Part shown: one piece after another, positions 36,928 through 52,600 of the stretch | Numbering within the stretch: position 1 is the stretch's first letter | How the letters are laid out: the number at the start of each line of letters is the position of its first letter | Assembly: GCF_030684315.1 (NCBI RefSeq) | Contig: NC_081370.1 | Location: 34,180,728-34,244,727, forward strand | Reading direction: 5' to 3' | DNA length: 64,000 nt | From: Stegostoma tigrinum | Taxonomy: Eukaryota | The notes under the pieces: generated by a model | Database searches by the model: none | What the model saw: the letters and a program-made list of their open reading frames with translations, nothing else | Told to the model about the DNA's origin: nothing | Made by a program: the position numbers and the translations under genes

Positions 36928-39900
36928 GTGCGTTATCATGATATAAAATGTGACTAATTAATAAGTAATTATTTGGGTGCAAGGCCAGAACTAATGCAAA
37001 ACTCTGACAATGGAATTTGACAAAGCCCTTTTAAACTAAGTAAATCGAGTTGACTGTACATATTTAATGGTGCATTATGCATTTTCGGTACCTGCTACAT
37101 CATTTAACTTCAGTGAGCTTTAACGACATCCAACTTGTACATTGGCTTCTTGCATGAGTAGGTCCTTATATTGTGAGTAGCACAAGTTACTCAAAGACAA
37201 CATCCAGCTCCTAAACTGACTTACATTGTTACCTCAAAATGGGGTACACACACACATTCCGAAAATAAACTTTTGCTCTGACATTTCAACCAATGGTTAA
37301 CATGTGTGAGATATAAAGCACTAAGCTTTTCACTAGGTGCAAAATTAGAGATCCAGGTGGAAAAATTAAAAAGGAGCATTGTGCTGTGTTCTGAGGGGAG
37401 CACGACGTATTCATGCAGGTATTCAGAAGCTAATAGAAAGAGAGCAGGTGAATTTCAGAATGTTGCTCCAAGCCCATGGATGCTGTTCAGGAAGAACTTT
37501 AAAAATCTGACTCAATTTGACCATATGAATGAGTTCATATAGAGAGGGCATCCATGCCAACTACACCATTCAGCCCATTCACCACATCTCCAACATCTAA
37601 TTCCCAACAGCCAGCCTTCAAATACAAACTAATGTCATGAACTCCTGAATCACTCACTGAACACAATTTGCACACACAACATTAAGCCGTTAAAAGAAAA
37701 GAGAAATTGCTGGAGAAGCTCACCAGATCTGGTAGCATCGATGAAGAGAAATCAGAGTTAACGTTTTAGGTCTGGTGGCCAATCCGAGCATCCTCTGTTT
37801 TTGTTTCTGCTTTGAAGCACCTGCAGTGCTTTCAATAGTTTTATTTCATGGCACGTTGTGGCTTTTCACTACCTGCTGCATTATTTGACTTCAGTGTGCT
37901 TCAACAAAATCCAAATTGTTCATTAGGTCCTTGCAGGAATAGGTCATAAAATTTGAGAAGCACAAATTTTTTAAGACAATCTCCATCTCCTAGATGGCCT
38001 TACATTGTTCCTCTAAAAGGTTGGTGCACACATTTTTGAAATAATCTTGTGCTCTGACTTTTCGACCAGTGGTTAAAATGTATGACGTAGAATGTACTAA
38101 CCTTTTCACTCGACACAGAATTAAAGGTCCAGGTAGAGAAATTGAAAAGGAGCAATGTACTGGTATTATAAATATTTATCTGAGTGAAGTACCTGATCTA
38201 GTACAAAACGATAACGATTGAATTTGATCAAGCCCTGAAGACATTAAAATTCTAACTTGATACCACAATGCCCAACTCAACCCCTCATCTATCCTAATCT
38301 CTTTTCCACATACCTGCCAGCCTACCATTTCACCCACCAGCACTCTATCTCCTCATACACCTCCCATCATCACCCCATGCACACCAGTTTCCCATCTCCT
38401 CACACACCTACCATCATCACCCTACACCGACCAGCACCCTATCCCCTCACACACCTCCCATCATCACCCTACACCCACCAGCACCCTATCCCCTCACACA
38501 CCTCCCATCATCACCCTACACCCACCAGCACCCTATCCCCTCACACGCCTCCCATCATCACCCTACATCCACCAGCACCCTATCCCCTCACACGCCTCCC
38601 ATCATCACCCTACACCCACCAGCACCCATATCCCCTCACACGCCTCCCATCATCACCCTACATCCACCAGCACCCTATCCCCTCACACACCTCCCATCTT
38701 CACCCTACACCCACCAGCACACTATCTCCTCACACACCTCATGCCCTAACCCTCAACTTCTGACACTGTAAACCCTATACCACTCTGCCCTCAAGAAACA
38801 CCTTAATTCTGACACAGTAACTGTCCCTGTATTGATCTCCACCCTTCATTCGTATCCTCCAAACATCTGCCAAACTTCTGCAACTCTCTCCAACTCATTC
38901 CTGTACATACTTTGAGCACTTACACTTCCACGCAATGTGTCAGACTGGCTGCTGGATATTTACACCACAGCATATAGCACTGACTGCTGTCAATGGAGGC
39001 TTGCGTGGAGACTGTCTGATGAAGGGTGTAGGCCTGAAACGTCAGCTTTTGTGCTCCTGAGATGCAGCTGGGCCTGCTGTGTTCGTCCAGCCTCACACTT
39101 TATTATACTGGCTTGCAACTCATAATGCTTTTCCCCAGTGCAGCCTCCGGTGGTTCCTGGACAGGCTTTTTTGTGACGGTATGTTTCTGTCCAGGGAAAT
39201 CCAGAGGAGAAGCTTGAAAAGTGTCAGTGATTAATTTGTTTTTGATCTTTTTGGCAATGGTATCCCCCGCCCCGATCACAAATTTTAGACCTGCCTGTTA
39301 AATTTCCAATCTAGAAATTGAGCAAGTACTTTGACAAATACAGAGAACACTTTTGATGGAATGATGTATTCCTACATTTGGAGGAAGCAAAACAGGTGAA
39401 TTTCAGAATTTTGCGCCAAGACTATGAATGCTGTTCTGGAAGACCTTTAATAACCTGATTGTGCCTGAGTTCATTTACAAAAGGCATTTCCTGCCAACTG
39501 CACCACAAACCATATTTACTACATCTCCATCATCTAACTGCCAATAATCAGTTCTCAAATCTCAATTTACCTGCTGAACTCATTAATCTCACATTGAACG
39601 CTGTGTCAAAACTTACATCCATAACTCAACGCACAAATAGTGGCAGCTTTTCAATGATGTAGAATTCAATGATTGTACACTTTTCCAAAATCTTTTATCA
39701 TCTAAGATGATTGCACAAGAAACAGAGATTTCCCAGAGCTGTGCTTACCTGTGAAAGATGAAAGCAGTTGGTCATGAATACAGTGCCATTCAACATGCAT
39801 GACCTTCAATGAAATGTGTACATACCTGACCCGAACCATGACCAGGTTCCTGACAACAATAGCTGTCCTTCTGGTAGTGACAGCATCAGCACTTAGGAAA

Positions 39901-40780
39901 CTCTGCCCACCAAGATCACTGGGGTCTGTCTGCCTATCTTCTTGCCCCAAACCTACTGACCTCAGGCATAAGCATAGATACTTCCTGCAGGTGCAGGTTC
40001 AGCAATAGTTACCACTGATGATGGGACTGCTGAGACTGCCAATATTGATGGCTGTCTAATAGGACACATGGATCTAGATGGACAGGTCATTCTATTTGCA
40101 AGATGGCAGCCTCAGCCATCAGCAACCTGGGTGAGAAATTACACCAAAGCTGATTGGTTACTGAATTGTACCTGTGGGGGACCTCCTTATTCTCTGGAAT
40201 ATCAACCATAAACACACTTCAGCAAGCATTACCCTTTTTGTCCTTGGCACTATTGGTGCCATTCTAGTATCCATCATTCAGCACATTCTCATTATGTCAG
40301 ATTGTTGTGTCGTGAATGTCCCATCCCAGTGCTTGAGCAAATTCCATCTTGGAAACTCCAGAACATCATTATTGGAAAGACACATTTTCATAGTTGACAT
40401 CATTTGGGTAAGTTATAATTCCTGGTAACTCAAATTCAAGAATTGATGACATTTTCATCTGAGAACTCCAGTAATCTATCTTGTAGAAAAACATTTGATT
40501 TGTTCAATGATTTGATCACTTTGAGACATTTTGCAACTGCAGTACAGGACTATTTGAATCACCAAGTTATCGAGTTCTTCAAAAAATAGCTACTTTGCAT
40601 TGACTGAGGTAAAAGAAGAATGGGGTGTATATGCACAGTGAGTAGCAGCTCTGCAAAGATAGAGACAATATTAATGCAGCATTAATCTGAAAACTGGTAT
40701 AATATATCTTGAGGTAAATTTGTAAAGATCTTATGTTACTAGGTTTACCCTGACTATCTTGTATCTTTATGATGATGTAG

Positions 40781-40861
40781 AATCACAAGAGGTCTCTGAA
40801 AGTCAACAAAGTCATACTTGGGATACAAAACAAGATACAGAGAATCAGTCATTAGAGAAAC
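40781..40861 (+). CDS. Repeat exon C, unit 4
   Basis: Same as unit 1 exon C. Confidence 0.72.
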
Positions 40862-43217
40862 GTAAGTTGCTACAATTTAAAAGTGTGACCAATTAAGAAA
40901 TTGTCTGGGTGCAATACCTGATCTAATGCAATACTCTCACACTGGAATTGAATCATTGCCTGCTAAATTGGTACAGGTCTGACAGTATGTGTTTAATTCT
41001 TGTCTCTGGATCACAGGCTGTGCTGTACCATTTGCTACCTGCTGACTTACTTGATTTCAGGATGCTGCCAATGATATCCATGTTGTTCATTGGATGCATG
41101 CATTAGCAGAACCTTTTATTGTGCGAGGCTAAAGTTACTTAAAGACAATCTCCAGCTCTGATAGGAGGAGTTGTTATTGCAAAAATTAGTGCACTCAGTT
41201 GCAAAATAAACTTATGCTCTGATGCTTTGACCAAAAGTTAACTGTGTGAGGTAGCATCCAGTGAAGTCTTTCAGGAGGCTCAGAACTAGAGAACTAGGGT
41301 CAGCTATGAAAGAAGAAAGCCCTTCGGCCAGAAGTCAGTGCCATTGAACATACGTGAACTCAATTGGATATATGAATAGATTCTATCTAGCCCATGAACA
41401 GGCTGTTTAGTAGCTAAAGGCATCCCGAAGGCAGTGACAGCATCAGCATTCTGGGCAACCTCAGCCCTTTAAGATCACCACGGTCAAATGGGAGAAAGGT
41501 TGTCTCCTTGCGAAATGATGGCCTCGACCATGAGCAACACTGGGTCCTACATTGCACCAAAGTAGATTTATTTATAACGTTGCAGCTGGGGGATGACCTC
41601 CCTACTCATCAGAATATTCAAACCCAAATATCCTTTGGAAAGGATCTCCTATTTGATTTGTTTGCACTACTGATGCGAATCTAATGTCCACCATTCAGCA
41701 CTTGTCCTATGTGTCAGATCATTCTGTGCTGATCTCCATTCTCAGTTCTAAGGCAAATTCCATCATGGAACCTCCAGTACACCATGATTGAAAAGATACA
41801 GTTTGGCAGTTGAAATCACTTGGGGAAAGTAAAATTTCTGTCTTCTCAAATTCAAGACTTGATTGGCGTTTTCTGACAAAAATGCAATGATCAATCCTTG
41901 CAACTAACTGTATGATTTGTACAATGATTTGACCACTTCAAGACATTTCACATGTGCACACCAGGACCATTTGAATCACTGATACATAGAATTCTTCAAA
42001 GAATAATTGTCCGAGGTAAATGTATAGCATCAACAGAAGCACAGGACAAATGACACACAGTGAGCAGCAGCTCTGCAATACTTCAGAGAAAATTAACGCA
42101 GCACTCATAAGAAGATTTGCCTCATCTGTGCATAGATGTATTTGGACTGAGCTCAAATGAACGTGCGAACTACGTGAACGCACAAAATCATTTTCACTGC
42201 GGTTTCTACTTGCTTATGTAGCTGAGTTTATGCTATCTTGTATTTTTGTGATGATATAGAAACACTGATCATTGCTGAGCATGAACAAAGCATTGCTACA
42301 AATACAAAAAAAAGACACAGAGGATCACTCAAAAGGGAAAGATAGATGCAATTATTTAAAACTAAGTGCAATTAAAAATAATTATCTGAATGAAACAGGT
42401 GATCTAATACAAAACTGTAATGATTGAATCTGTTGAAGCCCTGGAAAATTTGGATGGAGATGACAGTGTGATTTAATTCCTGACTTTGCATGACAGACAC
42501 ACTGCACATTTTTCTTGGCTGCTAACTTCACTTTTCTGCCAATGAAATGCATTCTGTTAATTGAATTCAAGTATCAGCAGGGCCTTATATTGCCAGAAGG
42601 AGAAGTTACCAAAACCAAATCTCCATTTCATACAGTGGCCTCGTATAGTTACTGCACAGACTGGAGAAATCCTTTTGAAAATAAAATTCTGCTCTGGCCT
42701 GATTAACATCCGCCACGTTATTCAAAACATGCAGGATACAAGTACAGTTCAGAGAATATTTCCCCTTTTGATCCTTTGCACAATTGGTACAACTGTTACG
42801 GACATCATTCCACTCGTTTCTCTCTGTGGCAGAGTCAAATTGTTGGGTGATGCACTTGCATTCCAGTGCTTGAGCAAATTTGGTTTAGTAACCTCCAGAA
42901 CATCAATGTTGAAAAGATACATTTTCATAGATAACATCACAATCAGGCAAGATGACATTTCCGATTTGTCAACATCAAGAACTGCTTACTTTTTAACCTG
43001 AGTTCTGTCCCTCCAGAAAACAACATGGGTTGTACAATGATTTGACCACTTTCCAATATTGTGCAAGTTCATTCCAGGTTATTTGAATCACCAAACTATT
43101 GCATTCATTGTACTGATCTCAAGGTAACATGTGTGAATGTCATTCTTGCACAAAAGCACTACTCTCTTATATTACTGGGCTTACTCTGCACATCTTGTAT
43201 TTTTTATTATGATGTAG

Positions 43218-43295
43218 AATCACCAGTAACAACTGAATCTCATCAAAATGCTGCTACGAATAAAGAAGGTGCAGAGGATCAATCAAAACAGAACG
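43218..43295 (+). CDS. Repeat exon E, unit 4
   Basis: Same as unit 1 exon E. Confidence 0.7.
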
Positions 43296-46200
43296 GTGCG
43301 TTATCATGATATAAAAATGTGACTAATTAATAAGTAATTATTTGGGTGCAAGGCCAGAACTAATGCAAAACTCTGACAAAGGAATTTGACAAAGCCCTTT
43401 TAAACTAAGTAAATCGAGTTGACTGTACATATTTAATGGTGCATTATGCATTTTCGGTACCTGCTACATCATTTAACTTCAGTGAGCTTTAACGACATCC
43501 AACTTGTACATTGGCTTCTTGCATGAGTAGGTCCTTATATTGTGAGTAGCACAAGTTACTCAAAGACAACATCCAGCTCCTAAACTGACTTACATTGTTA
43601 CCTCAAAATGGGGTACACACACACATTCCGAAAATAAACTTTTGCTCTGACATTTCAACCAATGGTTAACATGTGTGAGATATAAAGCACTAAGCTTTTC
43701 ACTAGGTGCAAAATTAGAGATCCAGGTGGAAAAATTAAAAAGGAGCATTGTGCTGTGTTCTGAGGGGAGCACGACGTATTCATGCAGGTATTCAGAAGCT
43801 AATAGAAAGAGAGCAGGTGAATTTCAGAATGTTGCTCCAAGCCCATGGATGCTGTTCAGGAAGAACTTTAAAAATCTGACTCAATTTGACCATATGAATG
43901 AGTTCATATAGAGAGGGCATCCATGCCAACTACACCATTCAGCCCATTCACCACATCTCCAACATCTAATTCCCAACAGCCAGCCTTCAAATACAAACTA
44001 ATGTCATGAACTCCTGAATCACTCACTGAACACAATTTGCACACACAACATTAAGCCGTTAAAAGAAAAGAGAAATTGCTGGAGAAGCTCACCAGATCTG
44101 GTAGCATCGATGAAGAGAAATCAGAGTTAACGTTTTAGGTCTGGTGGCCAATCCGAGCATCCTCTGTTTTTGTTTCTGCTTTGAAGCACCTGCAGTGCTT
44201 TCAATAGTTTTATTTCATGGCACGTTGTGGCTTTTCACTACCTGCTGCATTATTTGACTTCAGTGTGCTTCAACAAAATCCAAATTGTTCATTAGGTCCT
44301 TGCAGGAATAGGTCATAAAATTTGAGAAGCACAAATTTTTTAAGACAATCTCCATCTCCTAGATGGCCTTACATTGTTCCTCTAAAAGGTTGGTGCACAC
44401 ATTTTTGAAATAATCTTGTGCTCTGACTTTTCGACCAGTGGTTAAAATGTATGACGTAGAATGTACTAACCTTTTCACTCGACACAGAATTAAAGGTCCA
44501 GGTAGAGAAATTGAAAAGGAGCAATGTACTGGTATTATAAATATTTATCTGAGTGAAGTACCTGATCTAGTACAAAACGATAACGATTGAATTTGATCAA
44601 GCCCTGAAGACATTAAAATTCTAACTTGATACCACAATGCCCAACTCAACCCCTCATCTATCCTAATCTCTTTTCCACATACCTGCCAGCCTACCATTTC
44701 ACCCACCAGCACTCTATCTCCTCATACACCTCCCATCATCACCCCATGCACACCAGTTTCCCATCTCCTCACACACCTACCATCATCACCCTACACCGAC
44801 CAGCACCCTATCCCCTCACACACCTCCCATCATCACCCTACACCCACCAGCACCCTATCCCCTCACACGCCTCCCATCATCACCCTACATCCACCAGCAC
44901 CCTATCCCCTCACACGCCTCCCATCATCACCCTACACCCACCAGCACCCATATCCCCTCACACGCCTCCCATCATCACCCTACATCCACCAGCACCCTAT
45001 CCCCTCACACACCTCCCATCTTCACCCTACACCCACCAGCACACTATCTCCTCACACACCTCATACCCTAACCCTCAACTTCTGACACTGTAAACCCTAT
45101 ACCACTCTGCCCTCAAGAAACACCTTAATTCTGACACAGTAACTGTCCCTGTATTGATCTCCACCCTTCATTCGTATCCTCCAAACATCTGCCAAACTTC
45201 TGCAACTCTCTCCAACTCATTCCTGTACATACTTTGAGCACTTACACTTCCACGCAATGTGTCAGACTGGCTGCTGGATATTTACACCACAGCATATAGC
45301 ACTGACTGCTGTCAATGGAGGCTTGCGTGGAGACTGTCTGATGAAGGGTGTAGGCCTGAAACGTCAGCTTTTGTGCTCCTGAGATGCAGCTGGGCCTGCT
45401 GTGTTCGTCCAGCCTCACACTTTATTATACTGGCTTGCAACTCATAATGCTTTTCCCCAGTGCAGCCTCCGGTGGTTCCTGGACAGGCTTTTTTGTGACG
45501 GTATGTTTCTGTCCAGGGAAATCCAGAGGAGAAGCTTGAAAAGTGTCAGTGATTAATTTGTTTTTGATCTTTTTGGCAATGGTATCCCCCGCCCCGATCA
45601 CAAATTTTAGACCTGCCTGTTAAATTTCCAATCTAGAAATTGAGCAAGTACTTTGACAAATACAGAGAACACTTTTGATGGAATGATGTATTCCTACATT
45701 TGGAGGAAGCAAAACAGGTGAATTTCAGAATTTTGCGCCAAGACCATGAATGCTGTTCTGGAAGACCTTTAATAACCTGATTGTGCCTGAGTTCATTTAC
45801 AAAAGGCATTTCCTGCCAACTGCACCACAAACCATATTTACTACATCTCCATCATCTAACTGCCAATAATCAGTTCTCAAATCTCAATTTACCTGCTGAA
45901 CTCATTAATCTCACATTGAACGCTGTGTCAAAACTTACATCCATAACTCAACGCACAAATAGTGGCAGCTTTTCAATGATGTAGAATTCAATGATTGTAC
46001 ACTTTTCCAAAATCTTTTATCATCTAAGATGATTGCACAAGAAACAAAGATTTCCCAGAGCTGTGCTTACCTGTGAAAGATGAAAGCAGTTGGTCATGAA
46101 TACAGTGCCATTCAACATGCATGACCTTCAATGAAATGTGTACATACCTGACCCGAACCATGACCAGGTTCCTGACAACAATAGCTGTCCTTCTGGTAGT

Positions 46201-47102
46201 GACAGCATCAGCACTTAGGAAACTCTGCCCACCAAGATCACTGGGGTCTGTCTGCCTATCTTCTTGCCCCAAACCTACTGACCTCAGGCATAAGCATAGA
46301 TACTTCCTGCAGGTGCAGGTTCAGCAATAGTTACCACTGATGATGGGACTGCTGAGACTGCCAATATTGATGGCTGTCTAATAGGACACATGGATCTAGA
46401 TGGACAGGTCATTCTATTTGCAAGATGGCAGCCTCAGCCATCAGCAACCTGGGTGAGAAATTACACCAAAGCTGATTGGTTACTGAATTGTACCTGTGGG
46501 GGACCTCCTTATTCTCTGGAATATCAACCATAAACACACTTCAGCAAGCATTACCCTTTTTGTCCTTGGCACTATTGGTGCCATTCTAGTATCCATCATT
46601 CAGCACATTCTCATTATGTCAGATTGTTGTGTCGTGAATGTCCCATCCCAGTGCTTGAGCAAATTCCATCTTGGAAACTCCAGAACATCATTATTGGAAA
46701 GACACATTTTCATAGTTGACATCATTTGGGTAAGTTATAATTCCTGGTAACTCAAATTCAAGAATTGATGACATTTTCATCTGAGAACTCCAGTAATCTA
46801 TCTTGTAGAAAAACATTTGATTTGTTCAATGATTTGATCACTTTGAGACATTTTGCAACTGCAGTACAGGACTATTTGAATCACCAAGTTATCGAGTTCT
46901 TCAAAAAATAGCTACTTTGCATTGACTGAGGTAAAAGAAGAATGGGGTGTATATGCACAGTGAGTAGCAGCTCTGCAAAGATAGAGACAATATTAATGCA
47001 GCATTAATCTGAAAACTGGTATAATATATCTTGAGGTAAATTTGTAAAGATCTTATGTTACTAGGTTTACCCTGACTATCTTGTATCTTTATGATGATGT
47101 AG

Positions 47103-47183
47103 AATCACAAGAGGTCTCTGAAAGTCAACAAAGTCATACTTGGGATACAAAACAAGATACAGAGAATCAGTCATTAGAGAAAC
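47103..47183 (+). CDS. Repeat exon C, unit 5
   Basis: Same as unit 1 exon C. Confidence 0.72.
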
Positions 47184-49539
47184 GTAAGTTGCTACAATTT
47201 AAAAGTGTGACCGATTAAGAAATTGTCTGGGTGCAATACCTGATCTAATGCAATACTCTCACACTGGAATTGAATCATTGCCTGCTAAATTGGTACAGGT
47301 CTGACAGTATGTGTTTAATTCTTGTCTCTGGATCACAGGCTGTGCTGTACCATTTGCTACCTGCTGACTTACTTGATTTCAGGATGCTGCCAATGATATC
47401 CATGTTGTTCATTGGATGCATGCATTAGCAGAACCTTTTATTGTGCGAGGCTAAAGTTACTTAAAGACAATCTCCAGCTCTGATAGGAGGAGTTGTTATT
47501 GCAAAAATTAGTGCACTCAGTTGCAAAATAAACTTATGCTCTGATGCTTTGACCAAAAGTTAACTGTGTGAGGTAGCATCCAGTGAAGTCTTTCAGGAGG
47601 CTCAGAACTAGAGAACTAGGGTCAGCTATGAAAGAAGAAAGCCCTTCGGCCAGAAGTCAGTGCCATTGAACATACGTGAACTCAGTTGGATATATGAATA
47701 GATTCTATCTAGCCCATGAACAGGCTGTTTAGTAGCTAAAGGCATCCCGAAGGCAGTGACAGCATCAGCATTCTGGGCAACCTCAGCCCTTTAAGATCAC
47801 CACGGTCAAATGGGAGAAAGGTTGTCTCCTTGCGAAATGATGGCCTCGACCATGAGCAACACTGGGTCCTACATTGCACCAAAGTAGATTTATTTATAAC
47901 GTTGCAGCTGGGGGATGACCTCCCTACTCATCAGAATATTCAAACCCAAATATCCTTTGGAAAGGATCTCCTATTTGATTCGTTTGCACTACTGATGCGA
48001 ATCTAATGTCCACCATTCAGCACTTGTCCTATGTGTCAGATCATTCTGTGCTGATCTCCATTCTCAGTTCTAAGGCAAATTCCATCATGGAACCTCCAGT
48101 ACACCATGATTGAAAAGATACAGTTTGGCAGTTGAAATCACTTGGGGAAAGTAAAATTTCTGTCTTCTCAAATTCAAGACTTGATTGGCGTTTTCTGACA
48201 AAAATGCAATGATCAATCCTTGCAACTAACTGTATGATTTGTACAATGATTTGACCACTTCAAGACATTTCACATGTGCACACCAGGACCATTTGAATCA
48301 CTGATACATAGAATTCTTCAAAGAATAATTGTCCGAGGTAAATGTATAGCATCAACAGAAGCACAGGACAAATGACACACAGTGAGCAGCAGCTCTGCAA
48401 TACTTCAGAGAAAATTAACGCAGCACTCATAAGAAGATTTGCCTCATCTGTGCATAGATGTATTTGGACTGAGCTCAAATGAACGTGCGAACTACGTGAA
48501 CGCACAAAATCATTTTCACTGCGGTTTCTACTTGCTTATGTAGCTGAGTTTATGCTATCTTGTATTTTTGTGATGATATAGAAACACTGATCATTGCTGA
48601 GCATGAACAAAGCATTGCTACAAATACAAAAAAAAGACACAGAGGATCACTCAAAAGGGAAAGATAGATGCAATTATTTAAAACTAAGTGCAATTAAAAA
48701 TAATTATCTGAATGAAACAGGTGATCTAATACAAAACTGTAATGATTGAATCTGTTGAAGCCCTGGAAAATTTGGATGGAGATGACAGTGTGATTTAATT
48801 CCTGACTTTGCATGACAGACACACTGCACATTTTTCTTGGCTGCTAACTTCACTTTTCTGCCAATGAAATGCATTCTGTTAATTGAATTCAAGTATCAGC
48901 AGGGCCTTATATTGCCAGAAGGAGAAGTTACCAAAACCAAATCTCCATTTCATACAGTGGCCTCGTATAGTTACTGCACAGACTGGAGAAATCCTTTTGA
49001 AAATAAAATTCTGCTCTGGCCTGATTAACATCCGCCACGTTATTCAAAACATGCAGGATACAAGTACAGTTCAGAGAATATTTCCCCTTTTGATCCTTTG
49101 CACAATTGGTACAACTGTTACGGACATCATTCCACTCGTTTCTCTCTGTGGCAGAGTCAAATTGTTGGGTGATGCACTTGCATTCCAGTGCTTGAGCAAA
49201 TTTGGTTTAGTAACCTCCAGAACATCAATGTTGAAAAGATACATTTTCATAGATAACATCACAATCAGGCAAGATGACATTTCCGATTTGTCAACATCAA
49301 GAACTGCTTACTTTTTAACCTGAGTTCTGTCCCTCCAGAAAACAACATGGGTTGTACAATGATTTGACCACTTTCCAATATTGTGCAAGTTCATTCCAGG
49401 TTATTTGAATCACCAAACTATTGCATTCATTGTACTGATCTCAAGGTAACATGTGTGAATGTCATTCTTGCACAAAAGCACTACTCTCTTATATTACTGG
49501 GCTTACTCTGCACATCTTGTATTTTTTATTATGATGTAG

Positions 49540-49617
49540 AATCACCAGTAACAACTGAATCTCATCAAAATGCTGCTACGAATAAAGAAGGTGCAGAGGA
49601 TCAATCAAAACAGAACG
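49540..49617 (+). CDS. Repeat exon E, unit 5
   Basis: Same as unit 1 exon E. Confidence 0.7.
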
Positions 49618-52600
49618 GTGCGTTATCATGATATAAAATGTGACTAATTAATAAGTAATTATTTGGGTGCAAGGCCAGAACTAATGCAAAACTCTGACAA
49701 AGGAATTTGACAAAGCCCTTTTAAACTAAGTAAATCGAGTTGACTGTACATATTTAATGGTGCATTATGCATTTTCGGTACCTGCTACATCATTTAACTT
49801 CAGTGAGCTTTAACGACATCCAACTTGTACATTGGCTTCTTGCATGAGTAGGTCCTTATATTGTGAGTAGCACAAGTTACTCAAAGACAACATCCAGCTC
49901 CTAAACTGACTTACATTGTTACCTCAAAATGGGGTACACACACACATTCCGAAAATAAACTTTTGCTCTGACATTTCAACCAATGGTTAACATGTGTGAG
50001 ATATAAAGCACTAAGCTTTTCACTAGGTGCAAAATTAGAGATCCAGGTGGAAAAATTAAAAAGGAGCATTGTGCTGTGTTCTGAGGGGAGCACGACGTAT
50101 TCATGCAGGTATTCAGAAGCTAATAGAAAGAGAGCAGGTGAATTTCAGAATGTTGCTCCAAGCCCATGGATGCTGTTCAGGAAGAACTTTAAAAATCTGA
50201 CTCAATTTGACCATATGAATGAGTTCATATAGAGAGGGCATCCATGCCAACTACACCATTCAGCCCATTCACCACATCTCCAACATCTAATTCCCAACAG
50301 CCAGCCTTCAAATACAAACTAATGTCATGAACTCCTGAATCACTCACTGAACACAATTTGCACACACAACATTAAGCCGTTAAAAGAAAAGAGAAATTGC
50401 TGGAGAAGCTCACCAGATCTGGTAGCATCGATGAAGAGAAATCAGAGTTAACGTTTTAGGTCTGGTGGCCAATCCGAGCATCCTCTGTTTTTGTTTCTGC
50501 TTTGAAGCACCTGCAGTGCTTTCAATAGTTTTATTTCATGGCACGTTGTGGCTTTTCACTACCTGCTGCATTATTTGACTTCAGTGTGCTTCAACAAAAT
50601 CCAAATTGTTCATTAGGTCCTTGCAGGAATAGGTCATAAAATTTGAGAAGCACAAATTTTTTAAGACAATCTCCATCTCCTAGATGGCCTTACATTGTTC
50701 CTCTAAAAGGTTGGTGCACACATTTTTGAAATAATCTTGTGCTCTGACTTTTCGACCAGTGGTTAAAATGTATGACGTAGAATGTACTAACCTTTTCACT
50801 CGACACAGAATTAAAGGTCCAGGTAGAGAAATTGAAAAGGAGCAATGTACTGGTATTATAAATATTTATCTGAGTGAAGTACCTGATCTAGTACAAAACG
50901 ATAACGATTGAATTTGATCAAGCCCTGAAGACATTAAAATTCTAACTTGATACCACAATGCCCAACTCAACCCCTCATCTATCCTAATCTCTTTTCCACA
51001 TACCTGCCAGCCTACCATTTCACCCACCAGCACTCTATCTCCTCATACACCTCCCATCATCACCCCATGCACACCAGTTTCCCATCTCCTCACACACCTA
51101 CCATCATCACCCTACACCGACCAGCACCCTATCCCCTCACACACCTCCCATCATCACCCTACACCCACCAGCACCCTATCCCCTCACACACCTCCCATCA
51201 TCACCCTACACCCACCAGCACCCTATCCCCTCACACGCCTCCCATCATCACCCTACATCCACCAGCACCCTATCCCCTCACACGCCTCCCATCATCACCC
51301 TACACCCACCAGCACCCATATCCCCTCACACGCCTCCCATCATCACCCTACATCCACCAGCACCCTATCCCCTCACACACCTCCCATCTTCACCCTACAC
51401 CCACCAGCACACTATCTCCTCACACACCTCATGCCCTAACCCTCAACTTCTGACACTGTAAACCCTATACCACTCTGCCCTCAAGAAACACCTTAATTCT
51501 GACACAGTAACTGTCCCTGTATTGATCTCCACCCTTCATTCGTATCCTCCAAACATCTGCCAAACTTCTGCAACTCTCTCCAACTCATTCCTGTACATAC
51601 TTTGAGCACTTACACTTCCACGCAATGTGTCAGACTGGCTGCTGGATATTTACACCACAGCATATAGCACTGACTGCTGTCAATGGAGGCTTGCGTGGAG
51701 ACTGTCTGATGAAGGGTGTAGGCCTGAAACGTCAGCTTTTGTGCTCCTGAGATGCAGCTGGGCCTGCTGTGTTCGTCCAGCCTCACACTTTATTATACTG
51801 GCTTGCAACTCATAATGCTTTTCCCCAGTGCAGCCTCCGGTGGTTCCTGGACAGGCTTTTTTGTGACGGTATGTTTCTGTCCAGGGAAATCCAGAGGAGA
51901 AGCTTGAAAAGTGTCAGTGATTAATTTGTTTTTGATCTTTTTGGCAATGGTATCCCCCGCCCCGATCACAAATTTTAGACCTGCCTGTTAAATTTCCAAT
52001 CTAGAAATTGAGCAAGTACTTTGACAAATACAGAGAACACTTTTGATGGAATGATGTATTCCTACATTTGGAGGAAGCAAAACAGGTGAATTTCAGAATT
52101 TTGCGCCAAGACCATGACTGCTGTTCTGGAAGACCTTTAATAACCTGATTGTGCCTGAGTTCATTTACAAAAGGCATTTCCTGCCAACTGCACCACAAAC
52201 CATATTTACTACATCTCCATCATCTAACTGCCAATAATCAGTTCTCAAATCTCAATTTACCTGCTGAACTCATTAATCTCACATTGAACGCTGTGTCAAA
52301 ACTTACATCCATAACTCAACGCACAAATAGTGGCAGCTTTTCAATGATGTAGAATTCAATGATTGTACACTTTTCCAAAATCTTTTATCATCTAAGATGA
52401 TTGCACAAGAAACAGAGATTTCCCAGAGCTGTGCTTACCTGTGAAAGATGAAAGCAGTTGGTCATGAATACAGTGCCATTCAACATGCATGACCTTCAAT
52501 GAAATGTGTACATACCTGACCCGAACCATGACCAGGTTCCTGACAACAATAGCTGTCCTTCTGGTAGTGACAGCATCAGCACTTAGGAAACTCTGCCCAC